Shown in pieces: positions 12,401 to 26,340 of a stretch of 64,000 nucleotides of DNA; positions within the stretch are counted from its first letter, which is position 1, and each line of letters starts with the position of its first letter. The position numbers were made by a program, and so were the translations under genes. Below the pieces are notes generated by a model, which ran no database searches, was not told the DNA's origin, and saw only the letters and a program-made list of their open reading frames with translations. Location of the stretch: contig CATOCA020000004.1 in the NCBI GenBank assembly GCA_951406725.2, positions 434,001 to 498,000 of the forward strand. The letters are read 5' to 3'. The DNA is from Octopus vulgaris (lineage: Eukaryota).

Positions 12401-15400
12401 CTACCCAAACCACTACCACCACCACTCCACCATATCGACCACCATCAGCAGTTTCATCATTTCAAACACCAAAACCATCGCCACTAAAAGACCCACCACC
12501 ACCACTTCACCTACCACTACCCAAACCACTACCACCACCACTCCACCATATCGACCACCATCAGCAGTTTCATCACTTCAAACACCAAAACCATCGCCAC
12601 TAAAAGACCCACCACCACCACCACCACTTCACCTACCACTACCCAAACCACTACCACCACCACTCCACCATATCGACCACCATCATCAGTTTCATCACTT
12701 CAAACACCAAAACCATCGCCACTAAAAGACCCACCACCACCACTTCACCTACCACTACCCAAACCACTACCACCACCACTCCACCATATCCACCACCATC
12801 AGCAGTTTCATCACTTCAAACACCAAAACCATCGCCACTAAAAGACCCACCACCACCACTTCACCTACCACTACCCAAACCACTACCACCACCACTCCAC
12901 CATATCGACCACCATCAGCAGTTTCATCATTTCAAACACCAAAACCATCGCCACTAAAAGACCCACCACCACCACTTCACCTACCACTACCCAAACCACT
13001 ACCACCACCACTCCACCATATCGACCACCATCAGCAGTTTCATCACTTCAAACACCAAAACCATCGCCACTAAAAGACCCACCACCACCACCACCACTTC
13101 ACCTACCACTACCCAAACCACTACCACCACCACTCCACCATATCGACCACCATCAGCAGTTTCATCATTTCAAACACCAAAACCATCGCCACTAAAAGAC
13201 CCACCACCACCACTTCACCTACCACTACCCAAACCACTACCACCACCACTCCACCATATCGACCACCATCAGCAGTTTCATCACTTCAAACACCAAAACC
13301 ATCGCCACTAAAAGACCCACCACCACCACTTCACCTACCACTACCCAAACCATCACCACCACCACTCCACCATATCGACCACCATCAGCAGTTTCATCAC
13401 TTCAAACACCAAAACCATCGCCACTAAAAGACCCACCACCACCACCACCACTTCACCTACCACTACCCAAACCACTAGCACCACCACTCCACCATATCCA
13501 CCACCATCAGCAGTTTCATCATTTCAAACACCAAAACCATCGCCACTAAAAGACCCACCACCACCACTTCACCTACCACTACCCAAACCACTACCACCAC
13601 CACTCCACCATATCGACCACCATCAGCAGTTTCATCACTTCAAACACCAAAACCATCGCCACTAAAAGACCCACCACCACCACCACCACTTCACCTACCA
13701 CTACCCAAACCACTACCACCACCACTCCACCATATCGACCACCATCAGCAGTTTCATCATTTCAAACACCAAAACCATCGCCACTAAAAGACCCACCACC
13801 ACCACTTCACCTACCACTACCCAAACCACTACCACCACCACTCCACCATATCGACCACCATCAGCAGTTTCATCACTTCAAACACCAAAACCATCGCCAC
13901 TTAAAGACCCACCACCACCACTTCACCTACCACTACCCAAACCATCACCACCACCACTCCACCATATCGACCACCATCAGCAGTTTCATCACTTCAAACA
14001 CCAAAACCATCGCCACTAAAAGACCCACCACCACCACTTCACCTACCACTACCCAAACCACTACCACCACCACTCCACCATATCCACCACCATCAGCAGT
14101 TTCATCACTTCAAACACCAAAACCATCGCCACTAAAAGACCCACCACCACCACTTCACCTACCACTACCCAAACCACTACCACCACCACTCCACCATATC
14201 GACCACCATCAGCAGTTTCATCACTTCAAACACCAAAACCATCGCCACTAAAAGACCCACCACCACCACCACCACTTCACCTACCACTACCCAAACCACT
14301 ACCACCACCACTCCACCATATCGACCACCATCAGCAGTTTCATCACTTCAAACACCAAAACCATCGCCACTAAAAGACCCACCACCACCACCACCACTTC
14401 ACCTACCACTACCCAAACCACTACCACCACCACTCCACCATATCGACCACCATCAGCAGTTTCATCACTTCAAACACCAAAACCATCGCCACTAAAAGAC
14501 CCACCACCACCACCACCACTTCACCTACCACTACCCAAACCATCACCACCACCACTCCACCATATCGACCACCATCAGCAGTTTTATCACTTCAAACACC
14601 AAAACCATCGCCACTAAAAGACCCACCACCACCACCACCACTTCACCTACCACTACCCAAACCATCACCACCACCACTCCACCATATCCACCACCATCAG
14701 CAGTTTCATCACTTCAAACACCAAAACCATCGCCACTAAAAGACCCACCACCACCACCACCACTTCACCTACCACTACCCAAACCATCACCACCACCACT
14801 CCACCATATCCACCACCATCAGCAGTTTCATCACTTCAAACACCAAAACCATCGCCACTAAAAGACCCACCACTACCACCACCACTTCACCTACCACTAC
14901 CCAAACCATCACCACCACCACTCCACCATATCCACCACCATCAGCAGTTTCATCACTTCAAACACCAAAACCATCGCCACTAAAAGACCCACCACCACCA
15001 CTTCACCTACCACTACCCAAACCACTACCACCACCACTCCACCATATCGGCCACCATCAGCAGTTTTATCACTTCAAACACCAAAACCATCGCCACTAAA
15101 AGACCCACCACCACCACTTCACCTACCACTACCCAAACCACTACCACCACCACTCCACCATATCGACCACCATCAGCAGTTTCATCACTTCAAACACCAA
15201 AACCATCGCCACTAAAAGACCCACCACCACCACTTCACCTACCACTACCCAAACCACTACCACCACCACTCCACCATATCCACCACCATCAGCAGTTTCA
15301 TCATTTCAAACACCAAAACCATCGCCACTAAAAGACCCACCACCACCACCACCACTTCACCTACCATTACCCAAACCACCACCATCACTCCACCATATCG

Positions 15401-15475
15401 ACCACCATCAGCAGTTTTATCATTTCAAACACCAAAACCATCGCCACTAAAAGACCCACCACCACCACCACCACC
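9470..15475. repeat. CA-rich tandem satellite, 116/122-bp units, about 50 copies
   Basis: Unit catttcaaacaccaaaaccatcgccactaaaagacccaccaccaccacttcacctaccactacccaaaccactaccaccaccactccaccatatcgaccaccatcagcagtttcat. Confidence 0.97.
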
Positions 15476-15774
15476 CAAGCTCGACCATCGCCACCACTAA
15501 ATCCACCACCATCCCCCAGTCTTCCGCACGATATCCGGTGTGTTATGTATTCTTACGATTTGCTGACGAATTCTATTTTCTTTTGTAAGACGCGGTCTTC
15601 CGAGAGAAAAAAAATAGGAAAAATTTCATAAAATATAAAAATTTGCTTTAAAAATTTGTTAATGATATAAAAATTATGAAAATATTTTTAATTATAAAAA
15701 TCCTCATTATGGTTATTGTTGTTTTTCTTTTTCTATAATTAATGATTTTTTTTTATTATTGTCTACGAGAATGG

Positions 15775-15976
15775 TGTCGGTGAGCTGGCAGAATCGTTAG
15801 CACACCAGCAAAATGTTTAGGGGTATTTTGTCTGTCTTTACGTTCTGAGTTCAAATTCCGCTGAAGTCGACTTTGCATTTCATCCTTTGGGGAGTCAATA
15901 CATTAAGTACCAGTGATACACTGGAGTCTATATGATCGACTTAATCCCCTCCCCCAAGCTGGCCTTGTGGCAAAAC

Positions 15977-16013
<37 letters not shown>

Positions 16014-17000
16014 GGCGGCGAGCTGGCAGAATCGTTAGCACGCTTGGCGAAATACTCAGCGGTATTTCCTCTCCCACTACGTTCTGTGTTCAAATTCCGC
16101 CGAGGTCGACTTTGCCTTTCATCATTTCGGGGTCGATTAAATAATTACCAGTTATGCACTGGGGTCGATATAATCGACTTATTCCATTTGTCTATCCTTG
16201 TTTGTCCTCTCTGTGTTTAACCCCTTGTGGGTAGTAAAGAAATAGGTATTTCGTCTGTCTTTACATTCTAAGTTCTAATTCCGCCGAAGTCGACTTTGCC
16301 TTTCATCCTTTCGGGGTCGATTAAATAAGTACCAGTTACGTACTGGGGTCGATGTAATCGACTTAATCCGTTTGTCTGTCCTTGTTTGTCCCCTTGTGGG
16401 TAGTAAAGAAATAGGTATTTCACCTGTCTTTGCGTTCTGTGTTTAAATTCCGCCGAGGTCGGCTTTGCCTTTCATCCTTTCTGAGTCGATAAAATAAGTA
16501 CCAGTCAAACACTGGGGCTGATCTTACAGACTTACCTCCGCCCCTAAAATTGCTGGCCATGTGCAAAAGTTTAAAACCAACATTTCGTCCGTCGTTACGT
16601 TCTGAGTTCAAATACTGCCGGTGTCGATTTTGTCTCTCATCCTTTCCTGGTCGAATAAAATAAGTACTAGTTATACACTGGGGTCGATATAATCGACTTT
16701 CCCCTCCCCAAAATTGCTGGCCTTGTGCCAAAATTTGAAATTATTATTGTAATTATTTTTTTCTAGAATTAATATTTTTTAATTACTTAGTAGAATGATG
16801 TCGGTGACTTGGCCGAATCGTTAGGATGTCGGACAAAGTGCTTAGTATCTCATCAGGTTTTAACATTCTGTGTTCGAATTCTGCCGTGGTTAACTTAGCC
16901 ATTCATCTCTTTCGAGGTCAATGAGATAAGTACCATTTGAGTACCGGGTGTAAGGAAATCGATTAGCCCCCTTCCCTTCTCACAGTTACAGGCCTTATGC
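15775..17000 (+). mobile_element. Cluster of SINE family 2 copies and multimers
   Basis: Repeated gagctggcagaatcgttagc heads and core motifs. Confidence 0.85.
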
Positions 17001-17017
17001 TTTTAATAGAAGAAATA

Positions 17018-17647
17018 TATTTCTTTACTACCCACAAGGGGCTAAACATAGAGGGGACAAACAAGGACAGACAAAGGGATTAAGTCAATTACATCGACCC
17101 CAGTGCGTAACTGGTACTTTATTTATCGACCCCGAAAGGATGAAAGGCAAAGTCGACCTCGGCGGAATTTAAACTCAGAACGTAGCGGCAGACGAAATAC
17201 AGCTACGCATTTCGACCAGCATGCTAACGATTCTTTTTTCATTGCCCACAAGGAGCTAAACATAGAGGGGGAAAACAAGGACAGATAAACGGATTAAGTC
17301 GATTATATTGACTCCAGTGCGTAACTGGTACTTATTTAATCGACCCCGAAAGGATGGAAGACAAAGTCGACCTCGGCGGAATTTAGACTCAGAACGCAGC
17401 GGCTGACGAAATACCTATTTCTTTACTAACCACAAGGGGCTAAACACAGAGAGGACAAACAAGGACAGACAAAGGGATTAAGTCAATTACATCGACCCCA
17501 GTGCGTAACTGGTACTTTATTTATCGACCCCGAAAGGATGAAAGGCAAAGTCAACCTCGGCGGAATTTGAACTCGGAACGTAACGACAGACAAGATACGG
17601 CTGCGCATTTCGCCCGGCGTGCTAACGTTTCTGCCAGCTCGCCGCCC
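17018..17647 (-). mobile_element. SINE family 2 trimer with 16-bp TSD
   Basis: TSD tttaatagaagaaata at 17002-17017 and 17650-17665. Confidence 0.9.
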
Positions 17648-17899
17648 TCTTTAATAGAAGAAATAATTTAGAAGGGAATAAGGACGATGGACATGTTGAG
17701 TCGTTACCACGCCGGACAAAGCGCTTGGCGGCATTTCTTCCGGTTCTTCACGATTCTGAGTTGAAGTTGCATCGAAGGCGCAATATTTTAACGAAGCCTG
17801 AATTCGATCTTTCATGCACCATATTTAGTGCGTGCAACTGTATCTTAAGCTAAGTTGTACGACTTTCCAAAAGCACTTTGCTCGATTAATCGGAATGAG

Positions 17900-18065
17900 T
17901 CGTGGTTGGACTTCGGGATGGATTTCAGTGTCTGCCTCGACGACCTATTATGGCTCTCGGCAAGGGTGAAGACCTGGGATGAAGTGACGAGCAGGGTGGC
18001 CATACTCACTCAGAAACGAGCCCCAAAAAAGCAAACCCTGAAAAGTCCGACAGATAAAGCGAAAG
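17900..18065 (+). mobile_element. Tx1/L1-like LINE ORF2 fragment
   Basis: KTWDEVTSRVAILTQK...TLK resembles the post-RT region of Tx1-type elements. Confidence 0.45.
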
Positions 18066-18569
18066 CCTACATTGTCTTACTCTTTTACCTGTTTCAGCCA
18101 TTTGACTGCGGCCATGCTGGAGCACCGCCGTTAGTCGAGCAAATCGACCCAAAGACTAATTATTTGTAAGCCTAGTACTTATTATATCGGTGTCTTTTGC
18201 CGGACCGCTAAGTGACGGGGACGTAAACACACCATCATCGGGACATGCTCAACTGGTTAAGGTTAAGCAAATCTGTGGTATTGAGCAGAATATCTGCTGT
18301 AGACCATCTTTTATACCAAGACAAACAAGCCGGACAAAATGCACAGTGGCATTTCGTCCGTCTTTTTGTTCTGAGTTCAAATTCCAGCGAGATAGACTTT
18401 GCCTTTCATCCTCTCGGGGTCGAAAGTTCCAGTTGAACACTGGACTCTATCTATGTAATTGACTTATCCCTCTCCTAAAATTATTCTACCAAAATTTGAA
18501 ACCCTTAATTATCATTATCATTATTATTATTATTATCATTATCATTATTATTATTATATTATTATTATT

Positions 18570-18950
18570 TTTTTTTCTTCTTTCAAATTTGCTTCCATTT
18601 CTTGCCGAGTGTCTTCCCGACTCCTAGGGCAAAGAAACTCATAGTATACATTGGTAGGCCATTAAACCAAACTCAATAGTTCGTTCATTTTTTTCTTTTT
18701 TTAAGTTAAATTAAAATACATGAGCAGCAACATTTCTCACATCGACAATGCTCTTCTCAATACATGTGATGTACCAGTTAAGACAATCTTTTGCACTTCT
18801 TGCAGGGATGGTAAGCCAGGGATCATTCTCATATAATTTTCGGTTCCCTTCTTGATCATTCCTAGTGCTCCTACGATCACTGGTATTGTAACCGCCTTGA
18901 GATGCCACATTTTCTCAATTTCAATGAGCAGGTCTTTATATTTTCTTCTT
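18570..18950 (-). mobile_element. 5'-truncated R4/Dong-like LINE within (ATT)n
   Basis: RKYKDLLIEIEKMWHLKAVTIPVIVGALGMIKKG...LQEVQKIVLTGTSHVLRRALSM* plus 3' UTR; ATT repeats on both sides. Confidence 0.88.
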
Positions 18951-19001
18951 ATTATTATTATCATTATCATTATTAATATTATTATTATTATCATTATTAT
19001 C

Positions 19002-19069
<68 letters not shown>

Positions 19070-19073
19070 CATT

Positions 19074-19108
<35 letters not shown>

Positions 19109-19115
19109 CATTATT

Positions 19116-19147
<32 letters not shown>

Positions 19148-19470
19148 CATCATCATTATTATTATTATCATTATCACCATTATCATTACTATTATCATTA
19201 TTATTATTATCAATATTATTATTATCATTATCATTATTATTATATTTTTTATTATTATCATCATTATTATCATTATCATTATTATTATATTCATTATTAC
19301 TATCAGTATTATTATTATCATTATCAGTATATTATTATTATTATTATTATTATCATCATTATTATCATTATCATTATTATTATATTTATTATTACTATCA
19401 GTATTATTATTATCATTATCAGTATATTATTATTATTATTATTATCAGTATCATTATTATTATCATTATC

Positions 19471-19515
<45 letters not shown>

Positions 19516-19550
19516 TTTAGTAGTAGTAGTAATAGTAGTAATTATTATTT
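18950..19550. repeat. (ATT/ATC)n microsatellite
   Basis: Direct. Confidence 0.95.
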
Positions 19551-20039
19551 TCGTGGTTAGTGTGTCTCTCCGTCCGTCCGTCTCACCGTCTGTCTGTCTG
19601 CTTGTCTTCTTGTCTCCATCTACATCTGTCTGCATGAATTTAAAGAAGATTTCATTTTTTCACTAAATTCCATAATTCTTTGGGCTTCTTTCCTATTTGT
19701 CCCGATTTCTCTGTCTGTCTGTCTGTTTGTCTATCTACGCCATTTTCCTTTCTTCCAGTTGTTGCTGACGTCGTCGTTGTTATTTCATCAGGTTGAGGTT
19801 ATATTTTTATTTTTATTTTTATTTTTCTTTCTTTCCTGATTAGATTTTCAAACAATTAATTAATTAAATTGTTTATTTATTCATTTTAAATTCTTACAAA
19901 TTTCTTTTTTTCTGGGGCAAAGTTTCGCGACAAATCTATTGAGAAATATCAAAGAAAAAAGAAAAAAAATTATTTTCAGTCCTTGAAAAGAATACTTTGA
20001 ATGTTGAAAGGAATCGTCTGCTTTTAAAAATCAGATGAT

Positions 20040-20199
20040 ATATAAACATATATATATATATATATATATAGTTGCAGATATATATATATATATACATGTG
20101 TCTATGTGTACGCATATATATGACGCACATCTACGTATGTATGTATGTATGTATGTATGTATGTATGTATGTATGTATGTATGTATGTATGTATATATG

Positions 20200-20231
<32 letters not shown>

Positions 20232-20657
20232 CATGTGTGCGTGTGTTTAAAAAATCCTGATTCATCGAAATATATCTAGAATAGTCGGGCATCTATTGTT
20301 TAATAAATACACATATGCGTATATACCTGCACATATATATATAAACATATATATACGTATATATATATATGTATATATATATATACGTATATATATATAT
20401 ATGTATACATATATACGAACATATATATATGTATATATATATGTATACATATATACATATGTATATATATATGTATACATATATACATATATATATATAT
20501 ACAAACATATATATATATGTATATATAAACATATATAAATATATATATGTATGTATATATATAAATGTGTATATATGTTTAATTTGTCAAAATATTTTCG
20601 TTGCTTTAAGACCGCGACCTGTTCACTGACAAAAATCCGTGCTGTATATATAATTGT

Positions 20658-20710
<53 letters not shown>

Positions 20711-20781
20711 AACATATATATAAATGTATATATGTATACAAATATATATAAATGAATATATATATTTTTTTTATCAGTATA

Positions 20782-20820
<39 letters not shown>

Positions 20821-21530
20821 ATATGTCTGGAGGGTAGGAATTGAAACCCATATCCAAAGGTTTCTTCCACAACGGAGCTATTTCTGGTTTGCCAGGTTGA
20901 TCAAATGAGGAAAACGTGTCAATAGTCGCAGGATGAGGTCAGCTCTCTGAAGCCATATTTGTGTTCAAAGACCTAGTTAGACAATACGCGTATGCGCATG
21001 TGCGCGTGCAAGTGTCTGTGTGTATGTGTGCGTGCGTGCAAGTGTGTGTATGTGTGTGTGTGTGTGTGTGTGTGGTTGCATACGTACGTAAGTAGTCGTG
21101 TGTATATATGTAAACGCATGTGTTCATTCTTTATGTATGTATGTATGTATGTATGTATGTTTGTATGTATGTATGTATGTATGTTTGTATGTATGTACGT
21201 ATGTATGTATGTATGTATGTATACATGCATGCATGATGTATGTATGTATGCATACATGTATGTATGCATACATGTATGTATGTATGTATGCATGCATGCA
21301 TGTATGTATATATGTATGCATGCATGTATGTATATATGTATGCATGTACGTATATATGTATGCATGCATGCATGTATGTATGTGTATATGTATGCATGCA
21401 TGTACTTATGTATGTATGAGTGTGAATGTATGTACCTTTATGTACATATGCATGTATATATTTATGCATACGTGTATGTATGTGTGCGTGTATATATATA
21501 TATATATATATATATATCTATATATGTTTG
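20040..21530. repeat. TA/GTAT/GT microsatellite fields with short unique islands
   Basis: Direct. Confidence 0.85.
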
Positions 21531-21561
21531 TATAAAGCGAGAGAGTATATCGGGACTAGTG

Positions 21562-22650
21562 AAGGCGCGTGGCTCAGTGGTTAGAGCGTCGGGCTCACAA
21601 TCATGAGGTAGTGTGTTCGATTCTCGGACATGGCAGTGCGTTGTGTTCTTGAGCAAGATACTTTACTTCATGTTGGTCCAGTTCACTCAACTGTAGAAAT
21701 GAGTTTCTTTATTGCCCACAAGGGGCTAAACATAGAGGGGGACAAAGGGATTAAGTCGATTACATCGACCCCAGTGCGCAACTGGTACTTAATTCATCGA
21801 CCCCGAAAGGATAAAAGGCAAAGTCGACCTCGGCGGAATTTGAACTCAGAACGTAACTGCAGACGAAATACCTGTTTCTTTACTACCCACAAGGGCCTAA
21901 ACACAGAGAGGACAAACAAGGACAGACAAAAGGATTAAGTCGATTACATCGACCCCAGTGCGCAACTGGTACTTAATTTATCGACCCTGAAAGGATGAAA
22001 GGCAGAGTCGACCTCGGCGGAATTTGAACTCAGAACGTAACGGCAGACGAAATACCTATTTCTTTACTACCCACAAGGGGCTAAACACAGAGAGGACAAA
22101 CAGAATTTGAACCCAGAACGTAACGGCAGACGAAATACCTATTTCTTTACTACCCACAAGGGGCTAAACACAGAGAGAACAAACAAGGACAGACAAAGGG
22201 ATTAAGTCGATTACATCGACCCCAGTGCGCAACTTGTACTTAATTTATCGACCCCGAAAGGATGAAAGGCAGAGTCGACCTCGGCGGAATTTGAACTCAG
22301 AACGTAACGGCAGACGAAATACGGCTACGCATTTCGCCCGGCGTGCTAACGTTTCTGCCAGCTCGCCGCCTATAGAAATGAGTTGCGACATCACTGGTGC
22401 CAAGCTGTGTCGGTCTTTGACTTTTCAGGGGTGTTGAGTGGGGTGGGTGGGCAACCCTATGGTCTTTTATGACCAAAGGGCGGGGGGGTTACCCTTCACC
22501 CTATGTACATATAATGGCAAGGAGAGTGCACGCTGGTGTGCATGAGCGACTGCGGGGTCTTCTATAATCTTACCTGGGCGTGTGCCTCGGAGAGGGACTC
22601 TCTAGGTATAATCCCATGATCACGGATGGCCGAAGTGGGGGTCTTTACCC
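21562..22650 (+). mobile_element. SINE family 3 (tRNA head) interrupted by a SINE2 multimer
   Basis: ggcgcgtggctcagtggttagagcg...gttcgattc; resumes at 22385. Confidence 0.8.
21706..22370 (-). mobile_element. SINE family 2 multimer with 12-bp TSD
   Basis: TSD tagaaatgagtt at 21694-21705 and 22373-22384. Confidence 0.9.
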
Positions 22651-23084
22651 CTTATATCGGGAACAGTACATCTGTGAATGATAGCAAATGATTTGACTAA
22701 TTTCCTTACGCATACCATGGCCATAACTTATTTTATGTATTTTAACGCTGCGGTTAAAGGTAACCAAGAGTGCAATACCTTATCTATCGGTTTGTAAAGC
22801 AGGATGGGTCACGACTGGAGCGGTTTTTATTTTTTAATGTTATAAGTAATATGTTTGATGAAAAATTTACCTTGGAGCTAAACTAAAAACGGCTCGAACT
22901 TCCTTCATCTGTCCTTTCTCGAATGTTCACCTTCAGCTGTCCGCAAGCTCCGTCAAACATCAAACGAAGTTGGAGGAAGTCGTAAATATATTTATTATAA
23001 TAAAATTTAGTTTTGCGTCGGAGGATTTTCCTTTGAAACGCCGATGAAAACAGCGGGAAGGAAAAACAACTGCGATTTGTAGGG

Positions 23085-23725
23085 CTGTGCCCCGCAACCT
23101 TTTTTTTTTTTCACTTGCGGTACCCTTATATTCTTTTTAAAATTCGGCGGCACACCGGAAGTAAAAATATAACGAAAATTATAGGGGAAAAATTATATTC
23201 AGTTGACATTGCGGCACACCTAGCATCGTCTCGTGGCACACCTGAACTAAAATTATAACTTAAAGTATAAGGGAAAAATTATATTCAGGTTACATTGCGG
23301 CACACCTAGCATCGTCTCGTGGCACACCAGTGTGCCGTACACCTGAGCTAGAAATCTAATTAAAAGTATAGGGGGGGGGGATTATATTCAGGTTACCTGC
23401 GGCACACCTAGCATCGTCTCGTGGCACACTTGAGCTTGAAATCTAATTAAAAATATAGGGAGGAAAATTATATTCAGGTTACAAGGCGGCACACCTAGCA
23501 TCGTCTTCTGACACACCAGTGTGCCGCACAGCAGTGTACCGCATACCTGAGCTAAAATTATAACTAAAAGTATAGGGGGGAAAATATTTATTCAGGTTAT
23601 AATGCGGCACACCTAGCATCGTCATGTGACATACCAGTGTGCCGCACACCTTAACTAGAAATATAGCTAAAAGTATAGGGAAAAAGTTATATTCAGGTTA
23701 CAATGCGGCACACCTAGCATCGTCC
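23085..23725 (+). repeat. Degenerate ~60-125-bp minisatellite, probably within an old hAT MITE
   Basis: Recurring gcggcacacctagcatcgtc and cagtgtgccg motifs. Confidence 0.7.
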
Positions 23726-24456
23726 CTCCTCTTTTCACTTCACTGTGTCCCTGTCATTTCTTCTCGCCCCTCCTTATTTTTTCTGTGCCTCTACCTCTCT
23801 CTCTTCTCTCCCCACGTGACCATTATTCGGCCAAGCCTAACCTTTCTTTCTTGGTTCCACTACCATCCGGGCAACATCTATATTCCTCCCTGTGCCTGTG
23901 AAATCTTGTACCCATGCCGTAAGGCTTTAATTCCACACACGCCAGCTTAATTTAATTCGTCCTTAGCCGAAAGATACCTGTTGTTATGTCCTGCTATTTG
24001 TATTTGTGTAACATTCTCCGTTTTTTTTCAGTCCTTGTTACGAGTATAATCAGCCGAAATTGCAACGATACTCTGGAACTCGACTGAGGAAAGGAAACCC
24101 CGAATGACCCGCCCTTGTTTTCTTTGTATCGTCTATCTGGATGTATTGTTGTCCCCTTTTTTGCATCACTTGTCTGGATATTTTGCGTTCTTGTCCCATT
24201 TTGTATCATATATATACGACGAGCTTCTTTCAGTTTCCCTCTACCAAATCCACTCACAAGGCTTTGGTCGGCCCGAGGCTATAGAAGAAGAGACTTGCTC
24301 AAGGTACCACGCAACGGGACTGAACCCAGAACCATGTGGTTGGAAAGCAAGCTTCTTACCACACAGTTACTACAGCACCTATATAGATACTCTAGCGCCT
24401 ATACGGTCACTCCTACACATATGTCATATATTGTTTTATATACATGTAGATATATA

Positions 24457-25062
24457 GGTGCAGGAGTGGCTGTGTGGTAAGTAGCTTGTTTACCAACCAC
24501 ATGGTTCCGGGTTCAGTCCCACTGCGTGGTACCTTGGGCAAAGTGTCTTCTACTATAGCCCCGGGCCGACCAAAGCCTTGTGAGGGGATTTGGTAGACGG
24601 AAACTGAAAGAAGCCTGTCGTATATATATATATATATATAGACGCAGGAGTGGCTGTGTGGTAAGTAGCTTGTTTACCAACCACATGGTTCCGGGTTCAG
24701 TCCCACTGCGTGGTACCTTGGGCAAAGTGTCTTCTACTATAGCCCCGGGCCGACCAAAGCCTTGTGAGTAGATTTGGTAGACGGAAACTGAAAGAAGCCC
24801 GTCGTATATATGTATATATATATATATATATATATGCGTGTGTGTGTTTGTGTGTCTGTGTTTCTGCCCCTAGCATTGATTGACAACCGATGCTGGTGTG
24901 TTTACGTCCCCGTTACTTAGCGGTTCGTCAAAAGAGACCGATAGAATAAGTACAGGGCTTACAAAAGAATAAGTCTCGGAGTCGAGTTGCTCGACTAAAA
25001 AAGGCGGTGCTCCAGCATGGCCGCAGTCAAATGACTGAAACAAGTAAAAGAGTAAAGAGAGT
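24457..25062 (+). mobile_element. SINE family 1 with duplicated head
   Basis: Heads at ~24457 and ~24641 share private variants (ggtacc, ggcaaagtg). Confidence 0.9.
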
Positions 25063-25342
25063 ATACCCGGTCATCTATGGGACCATGCACCGTCGCAGTG
25101 CGTTGGTGCATCCACTATTGTCGCTATTTACTCCGAGTAGAGTCATCCGCTGTGACCATATGACGTGTGGTCGGCCAACAGGACTCAGGGACCTCAGCCG
25201 GATCTTCAGAGAAGAGAACACAATACACAGGTTCCAACGTGGGAAAAAAAATCAAACCGCAAAACTAAACACTCCGAGCTGATGCTTCCGAATCCTGGAA
25301 GTGAACAGGACGCATCCCGGTTTCTGAGAATACTCGTTGGTT

Positions 25343-25385
<43 letters not shown>

Positions 25386-25694
25386 TACACATAGGCGCAG
25401 GAGTGGCTGTGTGGTAAGTAGCTTGCTTACCAACCACATGGTTCCGGGTCAGTCGCACTGTGTGACGCAAGGGGCAAGTGTCTTCTACTATAGCTTCGAG
25501 CCGACCAAAACCTTGCGAGTGGATTTGTTAGGCGGAAACTGAAAGAAGCACGTCGTGTATATATATATATAAATAAATGAAAGCACGTGATCTCTGCCCT
25601 TGGCATGTAACTTCAACCGTGTTTTTCTCACGTGAATTTGCTACCCAGGTATCGGTTAACCGAATTATCCATACTAGGATAATTCATTCAACTA

Positions 25695-25743
<49 letters not shown>

Positions 25744-26340
25744 GTGTGTTTGTGTGTGTGTATACACGACGGGATTCTTTTAGCGTCTGTCTACCAAATC
25801 TACTCACAAGGCTTTGTTCGGCCCGTGGTTATATAGAAAATATTTGGCCAAGGTGCTACGCAGTGGGACTGAACTTGGAACCATGTAGTTGGGAAGCATG
25901 CATCATACCACACAGCCAGGCCTGCGCCTATATATACTTATAGATCGGGTCATGGCAGATAAAGGGCCATGCGCCGTTTCAGCGGATCGCTGCAACCCAC
26001 CATATCCATGGGTCGTCCTGTGTGACCCTCTCAACAGACGTCCTAGTCAGTTCTCATCTCTGCGAGATATTTCCCCATCCACAGTGGCCATGGGGCATGT
26101 GAGGGACCAACACAAACCGTCATCACCCCCAGCCGGATCCTCAGAAAAGCGAACACAATACACAGGAACAATCGCACTACATGACGAAATGTGTCTGACC
26201 TCAAGCCCCACGATCATACGGAAAACAGGACGCACAAAAAGAGAAAGCGGAACCACTTATCCTCAGGGTTTCTTGGGTCAGGACAAAGCGTCAGTCTTTC
26301 GTTGACGTCCGGGGGTGACTCAATGTTGTTAGTCTCTGTT

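Noticed and set aside
9402-15475. Mucin/extensin-like Thr/Pro/His-rich coding repeat
   Set aside because: Units of 116/122 bp are not multiples of 3, and the TAA in ccactaaaag closes every plus-strand frame within three units
24040-24115. Possible hammerhead (ctgagga...cgaatg)
   Set aside because: No GAAA-closed stem II or convincing stems; probably part of a dispersed repeat (23725-24210)
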